Counted from the stretch's first letter, positions 12,217 to 25,360 are shown. The stretch: DNA of 64,000 nt from Mytilus edulis (GCF_963676685.1 NC_092349.1:31124001-31188000); one strand, 5' to 3'. Notes: generated by a model not told the origin, from the sequence alone. Numbers and translations: made by a program.

Positions 12217-14747
12217 CCAAGACCAAACAAGATGTCGACACGATATCGAATCGATATCGACAAACGAATACACAGTGAAAAACACTGTTGATATCGACAA
12301 TTTCGGTACGATATCGAATCGATATGGACGAATGAAGATAGCAAGAAAATACATACAGTCGATATCGTTGATATCGACAATAGCAACACGATATCGAATC
12401 GATATCGAAAATTTTTGAATTAAAAAATGTACGAACAAACAACACGTCGATATCGACATAGAAAATGTTAAACCTCTCTCTGATGATATATGGTATATGG
12501 ATATAAATTAAAGGAGAAAAAAAACATAATCTTAAAAGAAGAGTTGACAACCCAGGATTATCTAAGAAGGGCAAACAGAGGACAAAAGACAAACCCGGTA
12601 ACAAATAAGACATACAAGGACTAACAACAACATTTGATATGGAAACTAAAAACAAATAAAAAACGCAGACCCCTAAATACTTGGGCGATAACACCATACA
12701 TTTGTATTGCGTTAACACCTATGAATGGATGAATGTCAAGTTAAGATATTTTACATAATCTCTTAAATGCATTGCCAACATAGACAAAAATTGTATGTAA
12801 ACTGGATTTTAAAAGAAAATTTACGGATTAACTTCAACCGGAGGAAACAAATTATAAACGCACATAGTCCCCCTTTGCCCTCCAACTTCGTACTTGTTTG
12901 GCTTTATAAATATCTTGATATGAGCGTCACTGATGAGTCTTATGTAGACGAAACGCGCGTCTGGCGTACTAAATTATAATCCTGGTACCTTTGATAACTA
13001 TTGAATGATACAATCATTAATCACATTAGCCTCTTGCGTTGTCTAATGAAGATCTTCATAGTGTTAAATATCTTATACGATGTAGTTTTATTACTTAATA
13101 ATCAACATAGAAATTTACATAAAACAACATCATCGACAAAATGGGTCCGTGTATATTTGCGGCCATTCCTTTTTCATTTTGAAATATCAAAAACAAAAAA
13201 CGAGAGAGTTTTTATTTTTCGTTTTTGAGTTCTCGAAAACCAAAATGAAACACAAAAGTGTTTTCGTTTTTTGTTTTTAATTTCTCTAAAACAAAAACTG
13301 AAAACGAAAGTGTTTTCATTTTTTTGTTTTTGATTTCTCTAAAACCAGAGTAAAAATCAAAAGTGTTACCGTTTTTCGTTTTGGATTTTACTAAAGAAGA
13401 GTTTTGTACTAATTTTAATTATTTTTCAATTTGTAACGAAAAAATGATTTGCCTCCTTGTTTTACAGTCATTGATAGTAAATATTACCAATGTAAACACC
13501 CCGGTGTTCTTTCAACGTAATGTAGACAAAAAAGACCGCATGACTTCTGAATTGAACTACGGTAATAAAGTAATCAAAGACTTTCAAATCACCTTGCTTA
13601 TATCTTTGATAACGAATAAATTATAATATTTAAATATTAAACGCATCACAAATTTAAATGGTACAATATAATATTAAATAAGGATGGTACAAATAAATAA
13701 TTTGATGACAACATCACACTAACAAGGGAGGTAACTTCGTTTAAAACTGACAAGAAAACTAGCCCGGTCGTTAAAGTATACATATCATGCACAGCGGTTG
13801 TCGGATCAATATTAATTTAATCAAGAAAATGTCGATAAGGGTACGTGATCCTCAGTTTTTGGTTTAGAAAGGTTGATATAAAATTATTAGAATTGATGAC
13901 CAAGGTCCATCCATCAGTATTTTACGAACATCTAGGACGATTGTGTGTTTTCTTTGACCAATTGATTAAAAAAAGAAATTTTCGCAATTTCACATTTCAA
14001 ACTGGGACTAGCATTCAAATGTTTTGACGTTCGGAGACTTTTCGGTATTAGTTTTGCGTATTTTTGAAGGCTATATGGTGCCCTATACTAGAGGGCGTTG
14101 ACTGGGGATTATGGAGTTGAGAATAGTGGACAATATATACAAATAATAGAGACAATGGACCAAGAAATAAATAAAATAGCTAGAATAATGGTGCCGAAAT
14201 ATAAAGAGAAGAGAATAATTGCCAACAAGTATAAAGAATAGAGAAAAATGGCCTAAAATATCAAAGGTACACAAATTAAGAACCCGGACTACAGACCATC
14301 ATACTAGTTGCCACAATGCACATTAGTTTGCCTTTGAGAGATTTTTATTGGTTATTATACGGTTTCTTTTGATTTCAATGTCTATTAATTAAGATGCGAG
14401 CTTTTATTATTTGCCAACATTACATATCGCATTATGCAAAAAGACTATTATGCTTAGATATGCTTATATTTTGCAAACTACCATATATTTCCGGTAAGTA
14501 CTCTGGCGTTGTTCAAATTATGGGATGTTTTTCGATTTCGAATTGATATCGTCGATATCGTCGATATCGACAACCAAGACAGAGGTTTCAAGCTGTTTTT
14601 CAAATTATGGGATGTTTGTCGATATTCAGGCCATGTGGATATTACAACATACATACGAAAAGTCGTGCATTGATATCGAATAGATATTATAGAAATCGTC
14701 GATATCGACACAATATCGTGTCTTTCACAAACCTAATTTTGTCTGGG
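12217..14747. mobile_element. Putative non-autonomous DNA transposon with subterminal GATATCGA arrays, carrying nested insertions
   Basis: Clusters of palindromic (tc)gatatcga at 12235-12457 and 14545-14720; imperfect termini ccaagaccaaa / ttttgtctggg. Confidence 0.5.
12924..12967 (+). ncRNA. Minimal type I hammerhead ribozyme (retrozyme/PLE-type)
   Basis: gcgtca-CTGATGA-gtct tatgt agac-GAAA-cgcgc-GTC/tggcgt: stems I and II pair, core intact, palindromic stem III; predicted cleavage after 12961. Confidence 0.85.
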
Positions 14748-14809
14748 AGTTTTCTCACAGCCAATCGAACCAATCATAATGGCTGGTCACTATAACAAGG
14801 AACCCTGAC

Positions 14810-16573
14810 TTTAGAGTTGCAGTGCAACTAGGGAACTAAAAAATGGCTGCCATCACTATAGAAACAAAATGTTGAAAACATTAAGTTTTAGGGTTTGATG
14901 AATTATTTAGATATGCTTATATTTAAAATCATCATTCTTTTAAACAATGTATCTTGCCACTACATACTAGTTTTGGATGATTTTGAAAATGATCGGAACC
15001 TATTATGTTGCCATGGAAAATGCAAAAAACGTTTCAAAAATTTCAAAATCTTGTAAACTTGATCAAACTTCGCAGCGATAATTAGTGACGATTGTAGATG
15101 TGGCGTTTTGAGTTGGAATTTCCAAAATAGCTGCCGTTACCATGGAACCAATGCAAACATGGTCAAAATGCTTTAAAAACCTTAAAGTAGCTTTCACATT
15201 CTAAAAATGGTATGTCAAAACCATTGAAATATTGATGGTGTGTTCCCTCCAATGTAACAATGTGGCACCTGTCATGAAATTTTGGGATTAGTTTCTCTTA
15301 CCATAAGGACCAGCAAATATATGATTGTTATCTGGCAAGTCTAGATTGGAGTTTTGACTTTTGAGTATCTACCATGGCCACCGTTGCAATATATCTGCAA
15401 AAATGTTTTTTTTTAAATTTACAGAAAGATGTGAAGCACTGAATATATGTGCATTCACTGTTTTAAATATTCGAAATAACTGCCGCTTAGTGGCAATGGA
15501 GGAAGAATGACATCCGCTATTGCTTGCAATGGCAAATCAAGTTATTATTATTATTCTACCTTTTTATTTTGGTATGCTTGTTATTAAAGCTATTAAATTT
15601 TAATACAATATACGTGTTCACTATAAACAGATTTTGGATGATTTTGACAATCATTTGAACCACTATATTGCTGTGAAAATTACAGCAATATTTTTAAAAA
15701 TATCAAAATGCTCCTAACTTGTCGAAACGTTGACTGACATGTGTAGATGTGGTAATTGGCTTTTGAATTTTTAAAATTGCTGTCGTTACCGTGGACACAA
15801 CGCAAAAATGTGAAAATTCTCAAAAAACCTTAAATTTGCTTAAAATGGTAGGTAAAATACATTGAACCTATGATGGTACATTGTATGTTCCCTTCAATGT
15901 ACCAATGTTGAATCTGTCATTTAAACTTTAGATATTGGTTAGCGTTATTATATAGAAACAGCAAAAATGTCTAAAATTTCAAAAGGCTCTAAAGTTATTC
16001 AAACTCATTTTGAATGTTAACTGGCAAGTGTAGATAATACTTTTGACTCTGAAATTTCCAAATTGGCAAAATTGCTATGGAAACGGCAAATATGTGTAAA
16101 ATTTCAAAATGCTCCAAATGTTCTGTCAATTTTCAAAAGATGTATAGCTAAGCATCTTTGTGCATTCACTGTTTGTAATTTTTGAAATGGCTGCCAATTA
16201 ATTGCAATGGGGGAAGGTTGACATCCACTATTGCATGCAATTGCAATTCTTGTTAATATGTTTTTTCACACTTTTTTGTGCAGCTAATATCTCGGAATTT
16301 TATGAACTATCAATGGAACTATACAATAATATTAACTAGCATGTGCAGATTTGGAATTGAAGAATGGCATTTTAAAGATAGCCACCGCTACCATGGAAAC
16401 AGCAGAGATGTCCAGTCAATCATTATGCTACAAACTCGATGAAACTTTACATTAATGTTGAAAGGCATGTGTGGATGCCCTCTTCGACTTTAAACTTTTC
16501 AAAATATCTGCCGTAACTGTGGCAATGGAGGAACGAGGTTGAACTCCGTTATTGCTAGCAATTACAAATCTAG
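14810..16573 (+). repeat. Helitron/Helentron-like non-autonomous tandem element
   Basis: Recurring gccgttaccatggaaac motifs; three unit ends with attgc-nn-gcaat palindrome followed by a ctag-like end and T-run (about 15541, 16252, 16573). Confidence 0.5.
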
Positions 16574-16672
16574 TTGTTTTTGTTTTTTTATAATCAAACT
16601 ATTTCTATAAAGTCGTTCATTTTCATACGTTTAATATACTTTGAACATTGTAATCTTTTTTTTTTATTTCAG

Positions 16673-16774
16673 GACGGTAACACCCCTCTACACTTAGCCA
16701 CATTAATGAGAAATATCCAAATGGTGAAATTACTATTAGAAAGAACAGATATAGATCCAAATACATTGAATGAG
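16673..16774 (+). CDS. Ankyrin-repeat exon A3 (DGNTPLHLATLMRNIQMVKLLLERTDIDPNTLNE)
   Basis: tttcag|102 nt open|gtatgg; overlaps ORF 16574-16804. Confidence 0.92.
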
Positions 16775-17064
16775 GTATGGAATGAAACACTCATACATCG
16801 GTAATATGATGATTTATACTTCATTGTAACCACAACTATTTTGTATCTCATTTAACTATAAAAGGCAATTTGGAAAATTCTCTCTAATCAGTTTCAACTG
16901 AATTAAGAATTATATCTTAATTTATGTTTCAATCTTTGTAACCATTTTCTTGATAATTAGTTAATGAATATATATGTTTAGCCCACCTTGTACTACAAGG
17001 TATAAAACAATTTGGCGAATGCGTGAAGACACTGAGAGAAGACTGTATCAAAATCGTAAACATA

Positions 17065-17572
17065 AAATTGAGAAAGGAAATGGTGAATATGTCAAAGCGA
17101 CAACCACCCGACCATAGAGCAAACAACAGCCGAAGGCAACCAATGGGTCTTCAATGTAGCGAGAATTCCCGCACCCGTAGGTGTCCTTCAGCTGGCCCCT
17201 AAAATATGCATAATAGTACAGTGATAATGGACGTCATACTAAACTCCGAATTATACACAAGAAACTAAAATTTAAAATCATACAAGACTAACAAAGGCCA
17301 GAGGCTCCTGACTTGGGACAGGCGCAAAATTGCGGCGGGGTTAAACATGTTTATGAGATCTCAACCCTCCCCCTATACCTCTAGCCAATGTAGAAAAGTA
17401 AAACAATAACAATACGCACATTAAAATTCAGTTCAAGAGAAGTCCGAGTCTGATGTCAAAAGATGTAACAAAAGAAAATAAATAAAATGACAATAATACA
17501 TAAATAACAACAGACTACTAGCAGTTAACTGACATGCCAGCTCCAGACCTCAATTAAACTGATTGAAAGATT
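17065..17572. repeat. Dispersed SINE-like repeat
   Basis: GC-richer block starting aaattgagaaaggaaatgg..tgtcaaag; inverted fragment of its end at about 10710-10743; family recognised from memory only. Confidence 0.5.
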
Positions 17573-20346
17573 CAAAGGTAGGGTTTGCACATCAGCTATT
17601 AAATGTCATAAGATTTGGCAATGTTATTTACAAATCAATTCGGAGAATAAAGATCAAAATTTATGAGTCAACATAAATCCAACAACATCATGGTAAAACA
17701 CGTAAAACGACAAAACCTATAACAATCTACAAAACACTACATAGACAATTTAAGTCAGAGTAAAATGGAACAAATAAGAAGCTGATAGTGATCTGAGGTG
17801 TTTTGGAAGGGTAAGAAAGTCCTCTTAACGAGGCATCCGTCGTTTTACTCCTAGTAAGTACAAATTCTGTGATCAGTATCATTCGGTGCAGTCACAATCG
17901 AGGAAAAGAGAGTAATATTTTGGAACAAATCATTAGTTATCTCTGACACAGAAAGTTCATTCATAGTCAACAAACCCGACGGGTGTACTTTACCGCTTCG
18001 ACGTATTAGCGGCAACATTTTATCAAGGAAATAAGAATTAATTTGTCGTCATTATATGGTGCTGCCTAAACGTTGCTAGATACAAATCTAATTCAGTACC
18101 CATCAAACAAATCGCATGTTGTTGATTTTGTACTGTTGAGTAGCTTTTCAGATAATTCATTTTGATGTGTATATGATCAGGTAAATATCAACTCCTGAAC
18201 TCTAAGAACATAGAATAAACAGGTCTTTATTGTCTGCAAGTGAAAAACTAAAAAAGACTGATAAGTACCGATTATCAGGTTGTCTGCATGTTGATATCGT
18301 AAAATATCAGCTGCGATACATAATATGAAGCTTTTTGTCGAGTCTGCAAGTGAAAAACTAAAACAAACTGATATATGTATTGTTTAGTCTATTTAATGCA
18401 TGTACCAATTCAGGAATATGACTGTTATTTTCCATTAGTTTGATGTGTTATAGCTTTTTGATTTTGTCATTTGATAAGAGACTTTCTGTTTTGAATTTTT
18501 ATTGGAGTTCAGATTTTTTTTATTTAACTTTTAAATTGCTGTTCATTTTAAACAGACCGTTTCAGAGCACAATTGCTTGACTAATGTCTATAATCTGTAT
18601 ATCAGCATAGATCAATCTACAGGTGATCCAGACTGATAATAATAATAATAACTAAATTTGTCACAAATTTTCAAAATTCTACTAGAAATAACCGCTAATT
18701 AATTTAGGTACACAAAACGTCATAGTATTATAGAACTGACTCATATTTTGTTAGTTGAAGATTTCAAATCTTTTGAGAAAATTATGAATAAAGTCTGGAG
18801 AAACATCATTCGACGCAGGGGATCTATAAATTAATTTTGAAAAATGAATGTTACATTCATAATAACTTAATTCACCTGTTCAAACCCCGAAAATTGTATT
18901 CAAATTTAATTATCAACTTCTCTTTCTTAATGACTAACTGTATAAGCATATAACATTTACATTATTATTAATATAAAACTGAGTGGTAATACTTTTTACT
19001 TATCATCCCTTCTAATTTTGTATTTGTTTTAACGTAGCATTGTGTAGTAATATTACTTCTTTTTTTTTAAATCTAGGCAATGCCTTCATTTTGAAAATGC
19101 ATATAACACACACATACTATGTTTTCTCATTAACAGATTTATGTAATTATTGTGGTTACTCCAGATAAATTGTTCTACACAAATTCTTACCTGGATAATT
19201 CTACGGTTCCTTTAATTTGTGTCAGCAATAAGTATAACTTCCCATATTTTTTCACTAAATTCATGTACCGACATTACAATTCTGTTCGTTTGTCACGATG
19301 GGGATTTTATACAAGTTGAGATCTAAATAAGTTGACACTTAATTGAACGAATGTAGATAACAATAAGTGTCAATATTAATTCCTTTTTAATTTATAATAT
19401 TCAAGTACTGGCCTTATCTTTGAGTACATTTTATGGCGTTTTCATTTTATGATTGATTTGTGAGTTTGACTGTCCTCTGGGTATCTTTCGCCCCTCTTCT
19501 ATACCTTTAGGGGGGTTAACTTACTAAGGATGCTTTTCTATTTAAGTTGAAAATTGCAAAATTTGCTGTTATCATCAATTTCGTGTTGATAGGGTGCCAA
19601 TACCATCTCATTTCCCTGAAAACTAAGTACCCGCATCTTAATTCTGTTTTATTTTTGTGAACATCAGGATGGATGGATTAACACAAAGGTTGAGATATAA
19701 TAGTCTATGATTTCTTAAATTGTAGTCAGCAACAACATGAAGTACCAATATTCGTTTTCGTTTTATAAGATATTGCACCGGTAGTAACATTTAGTTCTGT
19801 TGGTTCCTCCTGAGGGATAATTTTGCATACCCACAATAAACTGAGAGCTATATAATTCTAGTAAAAGTGCCAAACACTTCTAAGTCTAATATGGGCAGTA
19901 TTTGTACTCGACGGTACTATATTTTACTCGACCATTTTGGATTGGTATGTGTTTTACTCGATATTACTCGACTCTAGCCTGAACCAAACTAAACAGTCTG
20001 AACTTGTACTCGACTTTTAGGATGACCATACTGAACAGTCGGAACTCTTATTCGACGAGGCTGAGTCTGAATTCATTCTGGATCTTTACTCAACCTAGAC
20101 AAGTCAAAACAAGATCATTATATCATCGATATTTGTGTTTATGAATATGAGTTAGGACAGTACTTATCTTTTGTCAATTAAATCCGATGTGAACATTAAA
20201 GGTCAGTTGTCAAAACTACAGACTTTGTTTTTAATTTTATCATTTAGAGAAAAGAACGAGATTATTGTATATTTGCACACTGTAAATGTTTTTCTTAAAA
20301 ACTATTTTTTCTTATGTTTTATAATACTAAGCAATTTCTATTTTAG

Positions 20347-20448
20347 AACGGTGATTCACCGTTACACTCAGCTGTTGCAGGTAGAGATATCGAAACCACT
20401 AAGTTGTTATTGAAAAGAACAGATATATTTCCAGACATAATAGATAAG
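20347..20448 (+). CDS. Ankyrin-repeat exon A4 (NGDSPLHSAVAGRDIETTKLLLKRTDIFPDIIDK)
   Basis: ttttag|102 nt open|gtatgg. Confidence 0.88.
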
Positions 20449-20992
20449 GTATGGAATGTATTTCTGACCAGAATTGTCAACCATTGTTACGTAACCAAAT
20501 TATCACATATCTATGATGAGTTTATTTTTATCGAGCAATAATCCTATCTATTTTCAATTAAATTGGTTTTTAATCAACAACAGTTGACGGCAATGCAAAT
20601 GTAACACTCGTTTGGAAACAAATACATTTGGTTATCATTAATTAAGATATACATATGATTTGTACAGAAATTATTGGTCGATCGTGAAACTACAGACTGC
20701 ATCCAGTTTTATAATTTTAGAAAAAAATCCTAGTTGATTTGTTATTTGGACAGTGCATACATTTTGGATAGAGATTTTTTTCAATGTAAGCTGATAAAGC
20801 AGTAAAATTTTACAATCTAAAAGGAATTGTGTGTCTAATGGATGACATGTTCACATCCAACGGTAACTTACTTCTCCATCGATGGCTGAGGGTGATTTGT
20901 TTTCCCATTATCAATCTATTTCTATAAATTTGTTGATTTGATAATTGTGTATCATTCTGTAAAAATCAATCTTTCTACTGCAGTCCCATCAG

Positions 20993-21094
20993 TCCGGTTG
21001 CACTCCTTTCCAGTGTGCTGTTATAAGTGGACAACTCAACATAGTTCAATTGTTATTAGAGAGAACAGATGTATATCCAAACCAAAGAGATGAG
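20993..21094 (+). CDS. Ankyrin-repeat exon A5 (SGCTPFQCAVISGQLNIVQLLLERTDVYPNQRDE); alternative in-frame start at 20984
   Basis: ctgcag tcccat cag|102 nt open|gtagta. Confidence 0.85.
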
Positions 21095-21574
21095 GTAGTA
21101 AATGTAGTTACATGTATTATCCGAAAAGTCAACCCTAAATATTTGCAACGTGCTAACATTTGCATAGGAAAAAGGCCAAAAACAAAACAAACATAACATA
21201 GAAAAAAGAAACGGGAAAGGTTCAAAGAGACAGGAAATCAAAAGAAAAGCAGACCAAAGGCTATCAAAGGCTCTTTTACGATGCGAGAAAAATATCGCAC
21301 CTGTGGTTCTAAGTACGTAACAAACGAAACAATGCAAAATGACAATGATCAACATAAGTAAACAAAGAAATACTAGCAGCTTCTTACATGCAGCTTCATC
21401 CCACAGTTTACCTAATCCAAAGCTAATATCCTCATCATATTAATACTCACGTAAGGAGAGGATAGGTTTGCACTCTGAATCTAAGTAGAACAATAGACAG
21501 TAGAAATGTTTGCCTTCTAGGTTTCAGCCGACCAAATCTTTTAGTAACTGTACACCAATTTGATTTCATTTATC

Positions 21575-22508
21575 TTGTGACTGTGCTGATGAACTTGGTT
21601 TCTATATTGGCGACTTTGCAGCACTTACAATTGTCCCTTTCGCATTGTTTATAACCTCCGATTGTTGATATCTCCCGTTTAGATACTTTGGATGATACTA
21701 GAATATCTTTGAGGTTTTTTGGTCTGCGGTAAGCCAAAACGGGAGTGGCAGTTCATCAGCACAGTCACAAAGAAAAATTACAACATATTTATAACATCAA
21801 ATTGCAAAACGCAAAATTGCATTTATGTGCTTACGTGTGGAACTTGCAAATTACAATATGTTGGTGAAACAGAAACACCATTTAACATCCGACTAAATAA
21901 CCATCGGTCATATTATACAAAAGAAAGGAACTGCCCAATTACAAGACACCTTTTAAGAGCAGGACATGATTTTGAAAACGTCACATTTCAAATCATTGAG
22001 AAAAAATTGAGAGAGATTTTGGATGCACCAGTTACGAACTCTTGAACCTGATGGACTCAATGAGAGAGACGAAAAAAGATTTCAAAGCAAATCAAAACCA
22101 TAATTATCTTGAAATCATACAAATTAATTTATAAAAATTCATGCAATAAATATGAATGTGTTAAACTTTTATTCCAACTTTATGTAGTTGTAGCTACAAA
22201 CATATTTTATGCCCCAATCAATATGTTATACTGTCCCTCAACTCTTGTATAGATTAAGCTACAAAAATTGTCATGCATCCGATTTCACCTTGAGAGATGC
22301 ACTCGCCTGATGAAGCTAATTTGTTTAGCGAAATATTGCGTATTTCTATTTAACATCTAATAGAACTTTGTAATGTATCAATTAGTGTGTTTTAGTTATA
22401 TTCTCAGACATTTATATAATTTTAATTCAGTAACGGTATTAGTTTCTTTTCTCAATCTGATCCACGCTTAATTAGATTGAATGTTGATTGTTGCTATTTT
22501 TAGACATT
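21575..22508 (+). mobile_element. Neptune-type Penelope family 1, 5'-truncated copy with inverted 5' piece (21575-21745 is minus)
   Basis: GIY-YIG (CIYVLTCGTCKLQYVGET...RLNNHR), 3'UTR with hammerhead, ends in (TA)n; near-identical to 26172-27125 and 28270-28980. Confidence 0.9.
22304..22341 (+). ncRNA. Minimal type I hammerhead ribozyme, PLE family 1 3'UTR
   Basis: cgc-CTGATGA-a gctaa tttgt ttagc-GAAA-tatt/gcg. Confidence 0.7.
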
Positions 22509-22530
22509 ATATATATATATATATATATAT

Positions 22531-22860
22531 CTTACATTACATTAATTTGTAGGATCCTTTACTATAGATAATTTAGCTGATCTGTAACAATAACATCTTC
22601 ATGCCTTATATATCATGTACTGTAGTACGCCGCTAGATTAAAACTGACGTGAAAAGGTAACACATGCCCACCGAAAGCTCTTTTTTGAGAGCCCAGGTGG
22701 TCGTGTGGTCTAGCGGGACGAATGCAGTGCAGGCGATTTGGTGTCACGATATCAAAGTAGCATGGATTCGAATCCCGGCGAGGGAAGAACCAAACATTTG
22801 CGAAAGCAAATTTACAGATCTAACATTGTTGGGTTGATGTTTAGACGAGTGGTATATATA
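22531..22860 (+). mobile_element. tRNA-headed repeat unit (SINE-like) flanked on both sides by (TA)n
   Basis: tRNA-like head from 22691 with A box (tggtcgtgtggtctag) and B box (gattcgaatcc); inverted copy at 29002-29577. Confidence 0.75.
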
Positions 22861-23251
22861 TATATATATAGTCATAGGTTTGAACGTAGTTTTCAATTTA
22901 GACTCGTTTATATTTTTTTGTTTGGGCATGTATCATATTTTCCCTCCGGTTTATATGATCCGTTCATTCTATATATTGACTATTAAAATTCAAGAGTTAA
23001 TCTAAAAATGAGGGTACTTTCTCTAAAAATGAGGGTACTTTTTATATGGCCTTCCAAATACCGTTTCGATCTATAAAGGGAGATAAATCGTATTACACTT
23101 AGTCTATATATAGAAGTATGGAGCGTCATTATTCCACAATAGAAAATGCATAGTTTGCATTCAATCGTGATTTAAATTTTGAAATAAAATGTTTTTCCTT
23201 TACTTCTCGTGTAATGTCACAACCCATATTCATTTTATAAAATGGGAATAT

Positions 23252-25360
23252 TTAAAAAAATCCCCCTCCACATTCGTCTAAATGTTTGCTTAGGGGGATT
23301 TTTCTGTATTGTGGCTGCCTTATATGTTGTCTATGAATGCGCACTCTTTCTGTTACACTGTTCCCTGTTTGGCCGATATAAATTTCCTGGCAACGATTAC
23401 ATTTAATGCAATAAATTAAGTTCTCGGATTTACAGGTAATGTCTTCGTTGGTAAAAAGTGATAGACCATTAGGTATGTCCATTCCCTTGCCGACATGGAT
23501 ATACGGACATGCTCCACAACGACTATCTCGACATTTTGACACACTGAATGTTCTTTGTTGGTCGAATCGTGCTCGGGTCAATAGTCGTTTAAGGTTTTGT
23601 GGTTGCCGTTTACTTTGTAGAAGTGTTTCTGTATTAATTAAACGGCGCATCTTTTCATCCTGATCAAGAATAGGTAAATTTGCCTTTGCAACGGGAATAA
23701 TTTTAAAGTTCCGAGGATTATGTGTAATAACGAACGGTATTTTATCGTTGTTATTACTCTGCTCCTCGCAGGTGGAGCGTAGTTGGTTGGTTGGGATCTG
23801 TTTTGCCATTTGAATTCCCCTTTCTATTAAAGTCTCTGGATAGTTTTGCTTGATCAAAAATGATTGTAGTTCCTCTAGACGGTCTTCTCTCAAATGTTCA
23901 TCCTCGACTACTGTACATATTTTTCTTGCTAAACAATAGGGGATATTCCTTTTAGTATGAGATGGGTGGCACGAATTAAAATCTAAATACTGATGAGTAT
24001 CAGTACCTTTGTAAAAAATATCGGTTTTAATTTCAGTGCCATCTTTAATAACAAGAATGTCTAGAAACGGTAATTGGTTAAAATTTTCATCCTTCGTAAA
24101 TTTTATGGAGGTATACAGGTTATTTAGTATGTCCGAAAATAGTTGGAGTTCTTCGTCGGATTTGTTCCAGATAATGAAGCAATCATCAAGGTATCTTTTC
24201 CATGATAATTCGAATTCTCTTGCAAATTCAACTCCAAAATTATTTTCAACTTCTTGATACAGTCTTTGTTCAAGGAAGCCCATGACTAATGTTGCATAGG
24301 TTGGTGCAAATTTTGTTCCCATTGCTGTCCCCCGATGTTGCAAATAGTTCTTGCCATTGAAATAGAAAGAATTGTTTTCAAGAATTAGTTTAGTAGAATC
24401 GAGTATAAAGTCAATAGTGAATCGATTTGGTATTGCATCTCGATGTTTTGCAACCCAATATTGTATTGCCTCTATTCCTAAATCATGTGGAATGTTCGTA
24501 TATAGGCTTGTGACATCGAAGCTTACTAAACGAGCGTGAACCGGTGCTATTTTTGGCAGGTGTGAGAGAAAATCTATATCGTCTCTTATATAGCTCGGTA
24601 CATATTTACACAATGGTTTCAAAATTATGTCTAAAAAGTTGCTTAGTCTGTGAGTGGGACTTGCTGGACCTGCAATGATGGGTCTAAGTTTAAGATCCGT
24701 CGGTTTTTGCAGTTTTATGTATTCGTTTTGCTGAGAATTAATAGCCGATTGGATCTCCTTTGATTTATGGATTTTTGGAAGGCCATAAAAGTTACTCGTT
24801 TTCCTTTCGAAATTTTTCAAGTAATCATACTTTTTTTCCGTAGTGGCCGTTGTGTATTTGTTCAGTACGGTATTCATTCTTCTCTTGACTAGATGATCTA
24901 TATTATCAGGAATTTCTGAGTAAAATGTCGAATCATTGAGTTGTTCTTCAACTTTAATTCTATAGTAGTCTGAATCCATTATTACTATTGCCCCACCTTT
25001 ATCGGCCTGCTTAATTACTATGCTTTTATCGTTTCTTAGATTTTGGAGTGCTGACTTTTCGCCTTTAGTTAAGTTGTGGTTGACTTTAATTGGTGTAAGT
25101 GGGTAGTTGGACAAATTTTCGATATAGTCATCTAAACACTTGTTTCTTCCGGTATTTGGAATAAAGGTAGATTTGTTTCTTACTAACGAGTCGTCCTCCT
25201 CACTTTCTTTATCCGCGAAATATTCAGTGAGTCTCAATCTTCGACAAAATTTCGACATGTCTGCTTTAAGTTCATCATGATCCACAGAGGGAGTTGGTAT
25301 AAATTTTAAACCCCTTTTAAGCAATTTCAGTTCATTGTCATTAAATACTCTGTTGGACAA
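23252..25360 (-). CDS. Penelope-like reverse transcriptase + GIY-YIG endonuclease; premature TAA in a homopolymer, frame continues to about 23129
   Basis: KQADKGG, FYGLPKIHK, LRPII, FDVTSLYTNI, GTAMG, RYLDD, CRDSRCGAC linker, LIYCIKC..YIGQT..RVRIHR. Confidence 0.93.
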   Translation of the reverse strand: MSNRVFNDNELKLLKRGLKFIPTPSVDHDELKADMSKFCRRLRLTEYFADKESEEDDSLVRNKSTFIPNTGRNKCLDDYIENLSNYPLTPIKVNHNLTKGEKSALQNLRNDKSIVIKQADKGGAIVIMDSDYYRIKVEEQLNDSTFYSEIPDNIDHLVKRRMNTVLNKYTTATTEKKYDYLKNFERKTSNFYGLPKIHKSKEIQSAINSQQNEYIKLQKPTDLKLRPIIAGPASPTHRLSNFLDIILKPLCKYVPSYIRDDIDFLSHLPKIAPVHARLVSFDVTSLYTNIPHDLGIEAIQYWVAKHRDAIPNRFTIDFILDSTKLILENNSFYFNGKNYLQHRGTAMGTKFAPTYATLVMGFLEQRLYQEVENNFGVEFAREFELSWKRYLDDCFIIWNKSDEELQLFSDILNNLYTSIKFTKDENFNQLPFLDILVIKDGTEIKTDIFYKGTDTHQYLDFNSCHPSHTKRNIPYCLARKICTVVEDEHLREDRLEELQSFLIKQNYPETLIERGIQMAKQIPTNQLRSTCEEQSNNNDKIPFVITHNPRNFKIIPVAKANLPILDQDEKMRRLINTETLLQSKRQPQNLKRLLTRARFDQQRTFSVSKCRDSRCGACPYIHVGKGMDIPNGLSLFTNEDITCKSENLIYCIKCNRCQEIYIGQTGNSVTERVRIHRQHIRQPQYRKIPLSKHLDECGGGFF

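Noticed and set aside
12021-12718. Overlapping ORFs up to 170 aa
   Set aside because: Produced by stop-poor GATATCGA repeats; no domain signal
22691-22785. Genuine tRNA gene
   Set aside because: A and B boxes present but no acceptor stem or canonical cloverleaf; embedded in a repeat unit
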